Positions 48,667 to 59,573 of a stretch of 64,000 nt of DNA are shown one piece after another. The translations under genes and the position numbers were made by a program. The stretch spans positions 30,782 to 94,781 of the forward strand of contig CAMEAQ010000007.1 in the NCBI GenBank assembly GCA_945911275.1. The letters run 5' to 3'. The stretch comes from an uncultured bacterium (GTDB taxonomy: Bacteria; Bacillota; Clostridia; Lachnospirales; Lachnospiraceae). Each line of letters begins with the position of its first letter. Within the stretch, counting starts at the first letter, position 1. Below the pieces are notes generated by a model that saw only the letters and a program-made list of their open reading frames with translations, was not told where the DNA came from and searched no databases.

Positions 48667-49506
48667 TTAAAATCTTTCGACATAATACGTGTACATGTGA
48701 TGCTTTCTGTAACCGGAAGGTGTCTCGCCAGTCACCAATTTGAATACCCGGTTAAAATGAGTGAGATTTGAAAAACCGGTTTCTGTACTGATCTGTGTAA
48801 TGTTTTTATCCGTTTCCATCAGCTGTCTCTGAGCATTCATCACCCGTGTCACATTAATGTACTGGACAATGGTGCTGTTCGTTTGCTTTTTAAATTCCCG
48901 GCAGAGATATGAGGGACTTAAGTAGAACGTGGAGGCAAGCTGCCGGAGGGTGATATCTTCCGGATAATGCTGATGGATATAATTGATGACCGGGATGATA
49001 CGGCTGGTGCCTTCTTTTTTTATGGGTTCCACCTTTTTTGTCTGCATAAGAAGGGTATACAGGAGCATATTCAACAGAGTGCTCCGGTATCCATTATAGA
49101 ATTCCGTTGGGTTTTCATATTCCCGGATCAGCTCATCCAGAATAAGGTGAAGTTTCTGGCGTACTTTGGGATCTGATCGGTACATGCCATTGTTGCCATC
49201 AAGAACAGCCAGAAGTTCTTCAGAAATAATATCTTCTTTTTCAAAATAAAGTACAATTCTTTTAAAGGGAATACCATCATCTCCGTAAGAGCGGTGCATA
49301 ACATAGGGAGAAAATAGAATCAACTCCCCTGGCCGCATTGCATACATATGATCTTCCATCATATGGTATCTTTCCCCGTCCTCCAGATAATACAGTTCAT
49401 AATAGTTGTGATAATGAGACTTCATCATATTATCATTGACACCGGTAACTCTTTCACCGGTAATGCTTGCTCCCTGAGCCATTCGTATTCCGGCCTGATC
49501 GATCAT
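48667..49506 (-). CDS. AraC family regulator
   Basis: HYHNYYELYY cupin; TGFSNLTHFNRVFK HTH; divergent from GH31. Confidence 0.92.
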   Translation of the reverse strand: MIDQAGIRMAQGASITGERVTGVNDNMMKSHYHNYYELYYLEDGERYHMMEDHMYAMRPGELILFSPYVMHRSYGDDGIPFKRIVLYFEKEDIISEELLAVLDGNNGMYRSDPKVRQKLHLILDELIREYENPTEFYNGYRSTLLNMLLYTLLMQTKKVEPIKKEGTSRIIPVINYIHQHYPEDITLRQLASTFYLSPSYLCREFKKQTNSTIVQYINVTRVMNAQRQLMETDKNITQISTETGFSNLTHFNRVFKLVTGETPSGYRKHHMYTYYVERF

Positions 49507-49709
49507 TTTGAATCCCCCCTTTATCGTCCATATGTATTCATAGTGATTGTAAAAAAATCATAACACGAATCCTATAGGAGAGCAAGATATGTAAAAAATC
49601 AGTTGTTTTACAGCAAAATTCGTCTGGCTATGAACGTGTTTATCAATTATTCTTTAGCTATAAAGAAGATTATAAACATATTCAATCTAGCAAAAGGGGG
49701 ACACAGGTA

Positions 49710-52211
49710 ATGAAAATCTGTACCAGAGTTCTTGATGTAAAACTGAATGAAAACTATGTATCAATTTTCACCGATGGAACAGAAATCCGTATTCTTTTCC
49801 TGACAGATTCCATCATTCGTATCCGCGCAGGATTTGATGGTGATTTTGCTGAGGAATCCTACAGTCTGGTGATGACTGCATGGGAAGATCGCATGGATGA
49901 TTTCCTGAAAAACTATCGTAGACGGATCACAGCAGCAGAGATGAAGCTGGAAGATGGAGAAGAAAAAGCAGTCATTCAGGGAAAAAGCCTGAAAGTGGTT
50001 GTAGAAAAGGATCCGTTCCGTATCTGTGTTTATGACGCAGAGGGTACTATGCTGCATGCCGACATCGTGGATCTGGCTTATCAGGAAGACAGCAATCATC
50101 GCCGTATTCATACCAGTGAGATTTCTCCGGATGACTGCTTTTATGGTTTTGGAGAAAAAAGTGGTGAATTTAACAAGGCTCAGAAATTTATGAATATGAG
50201 TCCAAAGGATGCTATGGGTTACAATCCCAAAGAGACAGATTCTCTGTATAAACATATCCCATTTTATATCAAACTGAATCGTATAACGAAAAAGGCAGTG
50301 GGATATTTTTATCACAATACTTACGAATGTGATTTTGACATGGGTAAGGAAAAGAGTAATTACTGGAAAATGCACAGCCGTTACCGTGTGGATGGAGGAG
50401 ATATCGACCTGTTCCTGATTGCCGGACCGACTGTCCGTGAGGTTGTTGAGCGTTATACAGATCTGACCGGAAAATCAGCTCTGCTTCCGCGGTATGCACT
50501 GGGATATCTGGGTTCCTCCATGTATTATCCGGAGCTGGAATCTGACTGTGACGATGCCATCATAGATTTTATTGACACCACAAAAGAAGAACAGATTCCT
50601 GTGGACGGTTTCCAGCTTTCTTCCGGATACTGTACGGTAGAAACAGATAAGGGTGTAAAGAGATGTGTATTTACATGGAATAAAAAGCGTTTTAAAGATC
50701 CGAAAGATTTCTTCAAACAGATGGCGGACAGGGGAATCACAGTTACTCCAAATGTAAAACCGGGTATGCTTCTGATTCATCCGATGCTGGAAGATATGAA
50801 AGCGAATAATATGTTTGTAAAAGCCAGCGACAGTGACGAACCGGGTGTGGGAACCTGGTGGGGAGGAAAGGGTGTATTTGTAGATTATACCAATGCCGAA
50901 ACCCGTAAATACTGGAAAGAGCTTCTGAAAGAAAATGTACTGGATTATGGTACCTGTTCTGTATGGAATGATAACTGTGAATATGACAGTATGGTTGACA
51001 AAGACTGCCGTTGTGATTTTGAAGGAAAGGGCGGAACCATCGGACAGTTAAAATCAGTAATGTCCAATATCATGTGCCATATTACAGATGAGGCAGTGCA
51101 TGAGACTTTTGACAATACCAGACCGTATATCGTATGCCGTTCCGGTCACTGTGGTATCCAGCGTTATGCACAGACATGGGCGGGGGATAATCTTACCTGT
51201 TGGGAAGCACTGAAATATAATATTGCCACGATTCTTGGAATGGGACTCTCCGGAGTAGCTAATCAGGGATGTGATATCGGTGGTTTCTATGGTCCGGCAC
51301 CCGAGGGAGAATTATTTATTCGCTGGATCCAGAATGGAATCTTCCAGCCGCGTTTCTCCATTCATTCTACCAACACTGATAATACAGTAACAGAACCATG
51401 GATGTACAGTGATCTGAAAGACGATATTCGTAAAGCAATTGAGTTCCGTTATCAACTGAGTCCTTATTTATACTCACTGACTGAGAGGGCTCATGAAACA
51501 GGACTCCCCATTATGGAAGCTATGTGCAGTGCATTCCAGAATGATCCGAAATGCTATGACGAAGGTATTAACTTTATGTTCGGCGATTCTCTTCTGGTTG
51601 CCAATGTGGTGGAGAAGGGAGCAACAGCCCGCAGCATCTATCTGCCGGAAGGTGATATTTTCTATGATTTCTACACCAGACAGCCGTATACCGGCGGACA
51701 GACGATTGAGATTCCGGTAACCATCAGCAGTATTCCGCTGTTTGTGAGAAGTGGAGCAATCGTTCCAATGGCAACAAATAAATTAAATAATCTCTGCACC
51801 CAGCAGGCAACAGGAATATCCATTCTGTGCGCAGCTGACAAAGACGGAAAATTCTGTCTGTACGAGGATGACGGTGTTTCCATGAGTTATGAAAAGGGAG
51901 AGTATCTGAAAACAGATATTACCATGACTGTTGGAGAGCGTACTTATCTGGATTTCAAACAGGAAGGAAATTACCGTACTGCAGTGGAAACCATGTATAT
52001 TGATATGATCCACAGAGACAAGGCGCCTTACTGGGTGACTGTAGATGGAGAAATGATTCCGCATTTTCTGCATCGCAGAAAATTTGAGGAAGCAGAATGT
52101 GGTTGGTACTACAGCCAGCGTCTGAAATCTGTTCAGCTGAAATACCGCAATCCGAAAAAAGATTATCAGGTTCTTGTATCATTTGAACAGTTTGATTTAA
52201 TAGGAATGTAA
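49710..52211 (+). CDS. GH31 glycoside hydrolase (alpha-glucosidase-like)
   Basis: YGFGEK, LYKHIPF, WNDNCE nucleophile, WAGDN acid/base, GCDIGGF. Confidence 0.92.
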   Translation: MKICTRVLDVKLNENYVSIFTDGTEIRILFLTDSIIRIRAGFDGDFAEESYSLVMTAWEDRMDDFLKNYRRRITAAEMKLEDGEEKAVIQGKSLKVVVEKDPFRICVYDAEGTMLHADIVDLAYQEDSNHRRIHTSEISPDDCFYGFGEKSGEFNKAQKFMNMSPKDAMGYNPKETDSLYKHIPFYIKLNRITKKAVGYFYHNTYECDFDMGKEKSNYWKMHSRYRVDGGDIDLFLIAGPTVREVVERYTDLTGKSALLPRYALGYLGSSMYYPELESDCDDAIIDFIDTTKEEQIPVDGFQLSSGYCTVETDKGVKRCVFTWNKKRFKDPKDFFKQMADRGITVTPNVKPGMLLIHPMLEDMKANNMFVKASDSDEPGVGTWWGGKGVFVDYTNAETRKYWKELLKENVLDYGTCSVWNDNCEYDSMVDKDCRCDFEGKGGTIGQLKSVMSNIMCHITDEAVHETFDNTRPYIVCRSGHCGIQRYAQTWAGDNLTCWEALKYNIATILGMGLSGVANQGCDIGGFYGPAPEGELFIRWIQNGIFQPRFSIHSTNTDNTVTEPWMYSDLKDDIRKAIEFRYQLSPYLYSLTERAHETGLPIMEAMCSAFQNDPKCYDEGINFMFGDSLLVANVVEKGATARSIYLPEGDIFYDFYTRQPYTGGQTIEIPVTISSIPLFVRSGAIVPMATNKLNNLCTQQATGISILCAADKDGKFCLYEDDGVSMSYEKGEYLKTDITMTVGERTYLDFKQEGNYRTAVETMYIDMIHRDKAPYWVTVDGEMIPHFLHRRKFEEAECGWYYSQRLKSVQLKYRNPKKDYQVLVSFEQFDLIGM

Positions 52212-52228
52212 ACAGGAGGACGAACACA

Positions 52229-52607
52229 ATGAAAAGATTAGCAGTGATTGAGAAAGCAATCGAGGAATCATCCACTACGATGGGCGTGGAATTTGTCAAT
52301 GATGTAGACAAGGGTGCATTCCGTCAGCATTGTTATTTCTTCGATGGTTACTGCAATGTCATCCCTCTCCTGAGATCAGATTACCTTTATTACCATGCAG
52401 AAGATGAACAATGGTGGTATTGCCGGACTTTTGGTAAATTTCGCGAAATTGTTCGTAGGACGTATCCCGGGTTCACTGGCACAGGCATATATTGTTGAAA
52501 ATATGTTGTTAGGTGCACTTTCCGGCTCATCCGTAGCAGCAGCTTCCGCAATGGGAAATATTGTGGCTTTGTCCATGAGACTGCCGGGAATGATGGGGCT
52601 GGTTTAA
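52229..52607 (+). pseudogene. collapsed TRAP transporter relic (DctP-like piece joined to DctM piece)
   Basis: GVEFVNDVDKGAF, then in another frame MNNGGIAGLLVNFAKLFVGRIPGSLAQ...GALSGSSVAAASAMG; in-frame TGA at 52371. Confidence 0.7.
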
Positions 52608-52754
52608 ATTCATAATCTCATCCCATTTGGCGGGGAACACATAAGATTTTGGCAAGGGGCTGTCGGCTAATGCCGAATTTTAAGCCTTTCATTAACACAG
52701 TTTTTAGCAGGAAATGGGGGCAGCGACAGGCATACTTGACATGAATGAGGAGAA

Positions 52755-54398
52755 ATGCTATTTTTAATGAAAAATCCGGGAGGGATGCAAGTGTTACAGG
52801 AAACTACGGGCATATTGAAAAATAAGATATTTTTATATCTGACAGAGTTTTTTGCGGGAATGTCAGTAATGGCAGTGGAACTGGGGGCAAGCCGTCTGCT
52901 GGCTCCTTATTTCAGCTCATCGCAGATCGTGTGGACGATCATCATAGGGACTATTATGATCGCCATGGCATTGGGAAATATTTATGGAGGAAAAAGTGCG
53001 GATAAATCTCCGGATCCGGATAAGCTTTATGGAAGGATATTAATCGCGGCTATCTGGATTGCGTTGATTCCTGTAGTAGGAAAGTATATTATTCTTGGGA
53101 TATCAGCGTTACTCATATTTACAGTGAATAATAACTTTTTGATTATTGCCGCATTTTGTGCCTGCATGGTTATTTTCGTGTTTCCGTTGTTTTTGCTTGG
53201 AACGGTTACACCGTCTCTTGTAAAATATACAGTGGACAGTCTGGATGACAGCGGAAAAACAGTGGGGACACTTGGTGCTTTCAACACGATCGGAAGTATT
53301 ATAGGAACTTTTGTACCGACTTTTGTGACGATTCCTGCAGTAGGGACATCTATTACATTCTTGATATTTTCCGGAATTCTGATTGCTCTGTCGTGTATTT
53401 ATTTTTTAAGCAAACACAGAGGAAAAAAGAAAATAGCAGTTTCTGTTGTAGTATTTCTATTGTGCTGTGCACTTGGATATTCTGATTCGTTTGCGTTTTG
53501 GCAGAATGACCTGACATATGAAGGAGAATCTGTTTATAATTATCTCCAGGTTTCCGAGACGGACAGACGGGTGGTGCTTTCTACAAATGTTTTGTTTGGA
53601 GTACAGTCCGTATATATGAAAGCCGATGAACTTACGGGGATGTATTATGATTATGCAATGGCAGCACCTCTTATGGTTCCGGATAAAGAAGTAGCGGATA
53701 TGGATGTGTTGATTCTCGGAATGGGAACAGGTACTTATGCGACACAGTGCAGGAAATATTTTGGTGACATGGATATGGAAGGTGTGGAAATCGATGAGAA
53801 GATTACAGATCTTTCCAGAAAGTATTTTTCACTTCCGGAGGATGTGAAAGTTACTACCTATGACGGCAGAGCATTTCTGAACGCAGTGGATAAAAAATAT
53901 GATGTGATCATGGTAGATGCTTATCAGGATATTACCATCCCTTTTCAGATGTCTTCGACAGAATTTTTCACTCTTGTACAAGATCATTTGGCTGAAAATG
54001 GCGTTATGGTTGTAAATATGAATATGAGAGGAACCGAAGAAGGAAATATCAATCAACATCTTTCGGACACGATCGGTTCTGTCTTTGATGCCGTTTATAC
54101 TGTGGATGTAAAAGACACTACCAACCGGGAATTATTTGCTTCAGATAATAAAGAAATGCTTTCTGTTTTAAAAGAGAATGCAGAAAAACTGGATGATCAG
54201 GATCTTAGAGAAATGATAGAGAGAGTTGCGGATGATTGCAGTAAGTATACGGCAGGGGATTACATCATGACAGATGATAAAGCACCGGTGGAGCTTCTTG
54301 GGATGCAGGTCATTGACCAATTGATCCAGGATGAAGTGACATATTATAAAGAAATCTATAAACAGGAAGGAATCAAAGGACTGCTGGACAATCTTTGA
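52755..54398 (+). CDS. membrane-fused spermidine synthase-like protein
   Basis: MAVELGASRLLAPYFSSS multi-TM N-half; VLILGMGTG, GVEID, DGRAFL, IMVDAY SAM-fold C-half. Confidence 0.85.
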   Translation: MLFLMKNPGGMQVLQETTGILKNKIFLYLTEFFAGMSVMAVELGASRLLAPYFSSSQIVWTIIIGTIMIAMALGNIYGGKSADKSPDPDKLYGRILIAAIWIALIPVVGKYIILGISALLIFTVNNNFLIIAAFCACMVIFVFPLFLLGTVTPSLVKYTVDSLDDSGKTVGTLGAFNTIGSIIGTFVPTFVTIPAVGTSITFLIFSGILIALSCIYFLSKHRGKKKIAVSVVVFLLCCALGYSDSFAFWQNDLTYEGESVYNYLQVSETDRRVVLSTNVLFGVQSVYMKADELTGMYYDYAMAAPLMVPDKEVADMDVLILGMGTGTYATQCRKYFGDMDMEGVEIDEKITDLSRKYFSLPEDVKVTTYDGRAFLNAVDKKYDVIMVDAYQDITIPFQMSSTEFFTLVQDHLAENGVMVVNMNMRGTEEGNINQHLSDTIGSVFDAVYTVDVKDTTNRELFASDNKEMLSVLKENAEKLDDQDLREMIERVADDCSKYTAGDYIMTDDKAPVELLGMQVIDQLIQDEVTYYKEIYKQEGIKGLLDNL

Positions 54399-54609
54399 TA
54401 TATTATATTTTGAAGATAAGATTGGTAAAAATATCGATCAGTGTTTTATATCCCAAACTGTCTAAAGTCGGTGTGATTTCATTAGCATTTCTTAGAACCT
54501 TTTTGGACAGGAACTACAGTAGCATCTTTATGCTTTCTTAATATTATCCGGAATATTCTAATACAAACTTTAAATAGTAAAAGAGATAATTAAGGCGTCA
54601 TAAAGATGA

Positions 54610-55986
54610 GTGAGAAAGCTGGATGTGACACAAATGAAATCTATTTTACGCCGGAAAAAACGATTGACCTCGTTTCAGGTTATTACAATTGGTTTTTTAT
54701 CTGTGATTTTGGTGGGAAGCATTTTATTGATGCTTCCTGTTTCTTCTAAAAGTGGTCATGCCACTTCTTTTTTGGATGCATTATTTACAGCTACCTCAGC
54801 TACCTGTGTAACGGGTTTGGTGGTACATGATACGGCTACCTACTGGTCAGGTTTCGGACAGTTGATTATCTTACTGCTGATCCAGACGGGAGGTATGGGC
54901 GTGGTTACGATTGCGGTAGCGCTGACTGCAATCTCCGGGAGAAAAATCGGACTGATGCAAAGAAGCACCATGCAGGAGGCGATTGCAGCTCCCAGTGTGG
55001 GGGGAGTCGTTAAACTGACAGGATTTATATTTAGATCCACGTTGCTGATCGAATGGACGGGAGCGTTGCTTATGTTGCCTGTTTTCTGGAAAGAATGCAA
55101 TGGTCTGCGAGGTATCTGGTATGCAGTATTTCATTCTATATCTGCATTTTGTAATGCCGGATTTGATCTGATGGGAAACAGGGAACCATTTTCTTCGCTG
55201 ACCGGATATGCCGCCAATGGATGGATTAATATGGTTATAATGGGTTTGATCATTATAGGCGGAATTGGTTTTTTAACATGGGAGGATGTGAGATATAAGG
55301 GGCTGCATTTTAGAAAATATCGGATGCAAAGCAAAGTGATTCTGGTAATGACGGCAGCTTTGATGATATTTCCTTTTTTGTTTTTCTATTTTGGGGAGTT
55401 TGGAAGACCAGTCTGGAAGGAACTTACGGTTGGAGAAAAAATATGGGGTGCTCTGTTTCAGACGGTTACACCGAGAACAGCAGGATTTAATACAGTAGAT
55501 CTTACGTTGTTTACAGAAGCAGGGAAGACCGTTATGATTCTTCTGATGCTGATCGGGGGGTCTCCCGGTTCTACTGCAGGAGGTATGAAAACGACTACTG
55601 CGGCGGTATTGTTTATGACACTGTTTGCTGTATTCAGAAAGAAAGAGGATACAGAATGTTTCGGGAGAAGGATCGAGGAAGGAACGGTGAAATATGCGGC
55701 TGCTATTTTACTGATGTATCTTACATTTTTTTTGACGGGTGGGATTATCATCAGTTATATCGAACAGTTGCCGATGCTGACTTGTCTGTTTGAAACGGCT
55801 TCTGCAATTGGGACAGTAGGGCTTACTCTGGGGATTACACCTCACCTTGGTATCGTATCAAGGTTGATTTTGATTCTTCTTATGTTTCTGGGAAGAGTGG
55901 GTGGACTGACGCTGGTGTTTGCGGCACTTTCAAATAAACAGAGGAATGTATCAAGACTTCCAAAAGAGAGAATTACGGTTGGTTAG
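54610..55986 (+). CDS. ktrB: KtrB/TrkH potassium uptake membrane subunit
   Basis: Four pore loops: SATCVTGL, SAFCNAGF, PRTAGF, SAIGTVGL. Confidence 0.9.
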   Translation: MRKLDVTQMKSILRRKKRLTSFQVITIGFLSVILVGSILLMLPVSSKSGHATSFLDALFTATSATCVTGLVVHDTATYWSGFGQLIILLLIQTGGMGVVTIAVALTAISGRKIGLMQRSTMQEAIAAPSVGGVVKLTGFIFRSTLLIEWTGALLMLPVFWKECNGLRGIWYAVFHSISAFCNAGFDLMGNREPFSSLTGYAANGWINMVIMGLIIIGGIGFLTWEDVRYKGLHFRKYRMQSKVILVMTAALMIFPFLFFYFGEFGRPVWKELTVGEKIWGALFQTVTPRTAGFNTVDLTLFTEAGKTVMILLMLIGGSPGSTAGGMKTTTAAVLFMTLFAVFRKKEDTECFGRRIEEGTVKYAAAILLMYLTFFLTGGIIISYIEQLPMLTCLFETASAIGTVGLTLGITPHLGIVSRLILILLMFLGRVGGLTLVFAALSNKQRNVSRLPKERITVG

Positions 55987-56006
55987 AGAGAAAGGACGGA
56001 ATCGGG

Positions 56007-56654
56007 ATGAAATCAATTTTGTTAATCGGATTGGGCAGATTTGGGAAAAATATTGCAATAAAGCTGAATGAATTGAATCATGAAGTAATGGCAATTGATA
56101 AAAAAGAAGAACGGGTGGAAGAGGCGCTGCCTTATGTGACCAATGCCCAGATCGGAGATAGCATGAATGAGGCTTTTCTTCGTTCCATGGGGGTGGGAAA
56201 TTACGATGTCTGTATCGTTACCATCGGAAATGATTTTCAGAGTTCCTTAGAGACCACCTCTTTATTGAAAGAACTGGGAGCAAAGAAAGTGGTGTCAAGG
56301 GCTGCCAGAGATGTACAGGCAAAATTTCTTCTTCGAAACGGGGCAGATGAAATCGTTTATCCGGAAAAGCAGCTTGCTACATGGACTGCGATCCGCTATA
56401 CTTCGGATCATATTTTTGATTATATAGAGCTGGATAATGATTATGCAATTTTTGAAATTGAAGTACCGGATCTATGGATTGGAAAAACTGTCGGTGCGAT
56501 TAATATCCGGCAAAAATATAACATCAATATCATGGCACTAAAGAGAAACGGGAAAATGGAGCTTACCATTACCCCGGATACTTGTTTTGCATCGGATGAT
56601 GCACTTTTGGTGTTAGGGAAAAATAAAGACATACAGAAATGTTTTCATATTTAG
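56007..56654 (+). CDS. ktrA: KtrA/TrkA RCK subunit
   Basis: IGLGRFG RCK_N motif, GADEIVYPE, RCK_C domain. Confidence 0.9.
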   Translation: MKSILLIGLGRFGKNIAIKLNELNHEVMAIDKKEERVEEALPYVTNAQIGDSMNEAFLRSMGVGNYDVCIVTIGNDFQSSLETTSLLKELGAKKVVSRAARDVQAKFLLRNGADEIVYPEKQLATWTAIRYTSDHIFDYIELDNDYAIFEIEVPDLWIGKTVGAINIRQKYNINIMALKRNGKMELTITPDTCFASDDALLVLGKNKDIQKCFHI

Positions 56655-56678
56655 CAAAAATCTGGCAGGGGTGATATA

Positions 56679-59573
56679 ATGGAAGCGATTGCGTTGCTAT
56701 TGGCTTTTCTGGTGATAGGAGGCACAGGTTTTATCATTATGGAGAAACTGGATGCTTTTCTGGAAGGGATCCAAAATCAGCGGGAATACGCTCCGGACAA
56801 CGGTGAAGAGATCTTGCAGGCTGTTTATGAAAATCCCGAAGCTGAATTCAGATATCTGACGGAAAACAGTGAAAGAGAAAAGAGCTGCCAAAACCCGGAA
56901 CATCCGCAGCAGGAGATTTCTGTAAAAGAACCGGATAAGGGCAGAGGCCACTTGAAAATATTTTTTGGATATGCAGCGGGAGTAGGGAAAACCTATGCCA
57001 TGCTGCAGGCTGCCCATGCGGCGAAACAAAGAGGGATTGATGTGGTTGCGGGATATGTGGATACGCATGCCCGGACGCAGACCGCTGAACTCCTTCAAGG
57101 TTTGGAACAGATTCCAAACCTTGTGATAAATCAGGACGGAACGGAACAAAAAGAGTTTGATCTGGATGCTGCGATCCGGAGAACGCCCACGTTGATTCTG
57201 GTAGATGAACTGGCGCATTCGAATGCGCAGGGATGTCGCCATGCAAAGCGTTATCAGGATGTGGAGGAACTGCTCAAAACAGGAATTGATGTTTATACAA
57301 CGGTCAATGTGCAGCATATTGAAAGCCTGAATGATATGGTAGCTGCAGTTACCGGAATCATGGTCAGGGACAGGGTACCGGATTTTGTCTTTGACAATGC
57401 ATCTCAGGTGGAACTGATCGATATAGAACCCCAGGAATTGCTGGAGCGGCTGCAGACAGAAAATAGGTATGGAAAGCAACAGACAGAAATGGCGGAAACG
57501 GATTTCCAGGAGATTAAGAAGCTGACTGCATTACGGGAAATTGCACTGCGCAGATGCGCAGACCGCATCAATATGCTCTCGGAAGAAGCGAGAATTAAAA
57601 CAGGCGGAGATTATCATACAGATGAACATATACTGGTCTGCCTGTCACCGGCACCGTCCAATATGAAGATTATTCGTACGGCTGCCCGTATGGCGAAAGC
57701 CTTTCGTGGTTCTTTTACTGCTTTATATGTGGAAACCGCGGATTTTGCTCTGATGGATGAAGGAAATAAAAAAAGGCTCCGAAGCAATATGCGGTTGGCT
57801 CAGCAGCTGGGGGCGAAAATTGAGACGGTCTATGGAGAAGATGTTTCATTTCAGATCGCTGAATTTGCCAGATTGTCCGGTGTTTCTAAAATAGTAATCG
57901 GAAGAAGTACGGCGACGAAAAAATTTATCTTTGGAAAACCAACATTGACGGAAAAACTGATCGCGCAGGCTCCGAACCTGGATGTTCATATTATCCCTGA
58001 CAGTACTTCAGAAATGGTTTACAGAGCCAAAAAGGAAAGCAGACAGTCGGAACATTTGCTGAATATAAATGATACCATAAAGAGTATCGGAATGATCCTT
58101 ATCGCTTCCTTGATCGGTTTTGGCTTCTGGAAATTAGGTATGAGTGAAGCCAATATTATTATGGTGTATATTCTGGGGGTTCTGATCACTTCAGTGATCA
58201 CCACGCATCAGATGTACAGCCTGATTTCTTCCATCATTAGTGTATTTGTGTTCAATTTCTTATTTACGGAACCAAGATATACATTGCTTGCCTATGAAAA
58301 AGATTACCCGGTCACATTTGTCACTATGTTTGTGGCAGCTTTTCTGACCGGTTCTCTGGCCATTCAGTTAAAGCGCCAGGCCAAACAGGCGGCCCAATCG
58401 GCTTATCGTACAAAAATACTGTTTGATACCAGTCAGCTGTTGGAGGGGATTAAGAAAAGAGAACAGATTATTACGATAACGGCCACACAGCTGATTAAGC
58501 TGCTGGACAGAAATATGGTGATTTATCTTGTGGATGGCGACATACTCTCAGAGCCTCGATTTTTCTCGATCAATGGAGAAACATCCGGTGAGAAGTATTT
58601 ATCGGATAAAGAACGGACAGTTGCAGAATGGGTAGTAAAGAATAACAAACATGCAGGAGCAACCACAGATACTCTTTCCGACGCCAGATGCCTGTATCTG
58701 TCGATCCGGACAAGCAATGCAGTATATGGTGTTGTAGGGATTGTGATTGACAAAAAGCCACTGGATTCTTTTGAAAACAGTATCCTGTTGTCCATTTTGG
58801 GTGAATGTGCGCTGGCCTTGGAAAATGAGAAAAATGCCAGGGAAAAGGCGGAGGCGGCTTTATTGGCGCAAAAAGAACAGTTAAGGGCCAATCTGCTCCG
58901 TTCGATTTCTCATGATCTGAGAACACCGCTGACATCCATCTCCGGTAATGCCAGTAATCTGCTGTCAAATGGAGAAAAGTTTGATGCGGAAACCAAGAAA
59001 CAGTTATATTCGGACATCTATGATGATTCCATGTGGCTGATCAACCTTGTGGAAAATCTTCTTTCCATAACAAAAATAGAGGAGGGAAAACTGAATATCC
59101 GTCTGTCCACGGAACTGCTGGATGAAGTTGTTGCGGAGGCATTGCAGCATGTCAGCAGAAAAAAGACGGAACATAAGGTCTCTTTTCAGCCATCGGAGGA
59201 TTTTATACTGGTAAAAATGGATGCGCGACTGATCCTTCAGGTGATTATCAATATTGTGGACAATGCGATTAAATATACACAGCAAGGTTCAAAAATACAG
59301 ATAACAACAGAAAAACAGGAAAATAAGGCGATTGTCCGTATAGCAGATGACGGACCGGGAATTCCCGATGATATGAAGTCCCGTGTGTTTGAAATGTTCT
59401 ACAGCGGAGCAAAAAGTATTGCTGACAGCAGACGCAGCCTGGGGCTTGGATTGTCTCTTTGCAAGTCGATTGTAACGGCTCATGGAGGCGAGCTGGAACT
59501 TACTGATAATATTCCGCACGGTGCGATATTTACATTTTCATTGCCGACGGAGGAGGTTGATTTACATGAATAA
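56679..59573 (+). CDS. kdpD: KdpD sensor kinase with N-terminal TM extension
   Basis: LKIFFGYAAGVGKTYAML, LVDELAH, USP domain, 4-TM block, GAF, SHDLRTPL, GLGLSLCK. Confidence 0.92.
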   Translation: MEAIALLLAFLVIGGTGFIIMEKLDAFLEGIQNQREYAPDNGEEILQAVYENPEAEFRYLTENSEREKSCQNPEHPQQEISVKEPDKGRGHLKIFFGYAAGVGKTYAMLQAAHAAKQRGIDVVAGYVDTHARTQTAELLQGLEQIPNLVINQDGTEQKEFDLDAAIRRTPTLILVDELAHSNAQGCRHAKRYQDVEELLKTGIDVYTTVNVQHIESLNDMVAAVTGIMVRDRVPDFVFDNASQVELIDIEPQELLERLQTENRYGKQQTEMAETDFQEIKKLTALREIALRRCADRINMLSEEARIKTGGDYHTDEHILVCLSPAPSNMKIIRTAARMAKAFRGSFTALYVETADFALMDEGNKKRLRSNMRLAQQLGAKIETVYGEDVSFQIAEFARLSGVSKIVIGRSTATKKFIFGKPTLTEKLIAQAPNLDVHIIPDSTSEMVYRAKKESRQSEHLLNINDTIKSIGMILIASLIGFGFWKLGMSEANIIMVYILGVLITSVITTHQMYSLISSIISVFVFNFLFTEPRYTLLAYEKDYPVTFVTMFVAAFLTGSLAIQLKRQAKQAAQSAYRTKILFDTSQLLEGIKKREQIITITATQLIKLLDRNMVIYLVDGDILSEPRFFSINGETSGEKYLSDKERTVAEWVVKNNKHAGATTDTLSDARCLYLSIRTSNAVYGVVGIVIDKKPLDSFENSILLSILGECALALENEKNAREKAEAALLAQKEQLRANLLRSISHDLRTPLTSISGNASNLLSNGEKFDAETKKQLYSDIYDDSMWLINLVENLLSITKIEEGKLNIRLSTELLDEVVAEALQHVSRKKTEHKVSFQPSEDFILVKMDARLILQVIINIVDNAIKYTQQGSKIQITTEKQENKAIVRIADDGPGIPDDMKSRVFEMFYSGAKSIADSRRSLGLGLSLCKSIVTAHGGELELTDNIPHGAIFTFSLPTEEVDLHE

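Noticed and set aside
52655-52730. AAGGGGCTGTCG ... CGACAGG, resembling an IS1182-type end
   Set aside because: Only a 6-bp inverted match; unsupported without a search.
54400-54609. c-di-AMP (ydaO) riboswitch upstream of ktrB; also an IS-end-like AACTGTCTAAAGTCGG at 54456-71
   Set aside because: The region is AT-rich with no ydaO core; the IS-like match is too short and has no transposase remnant.
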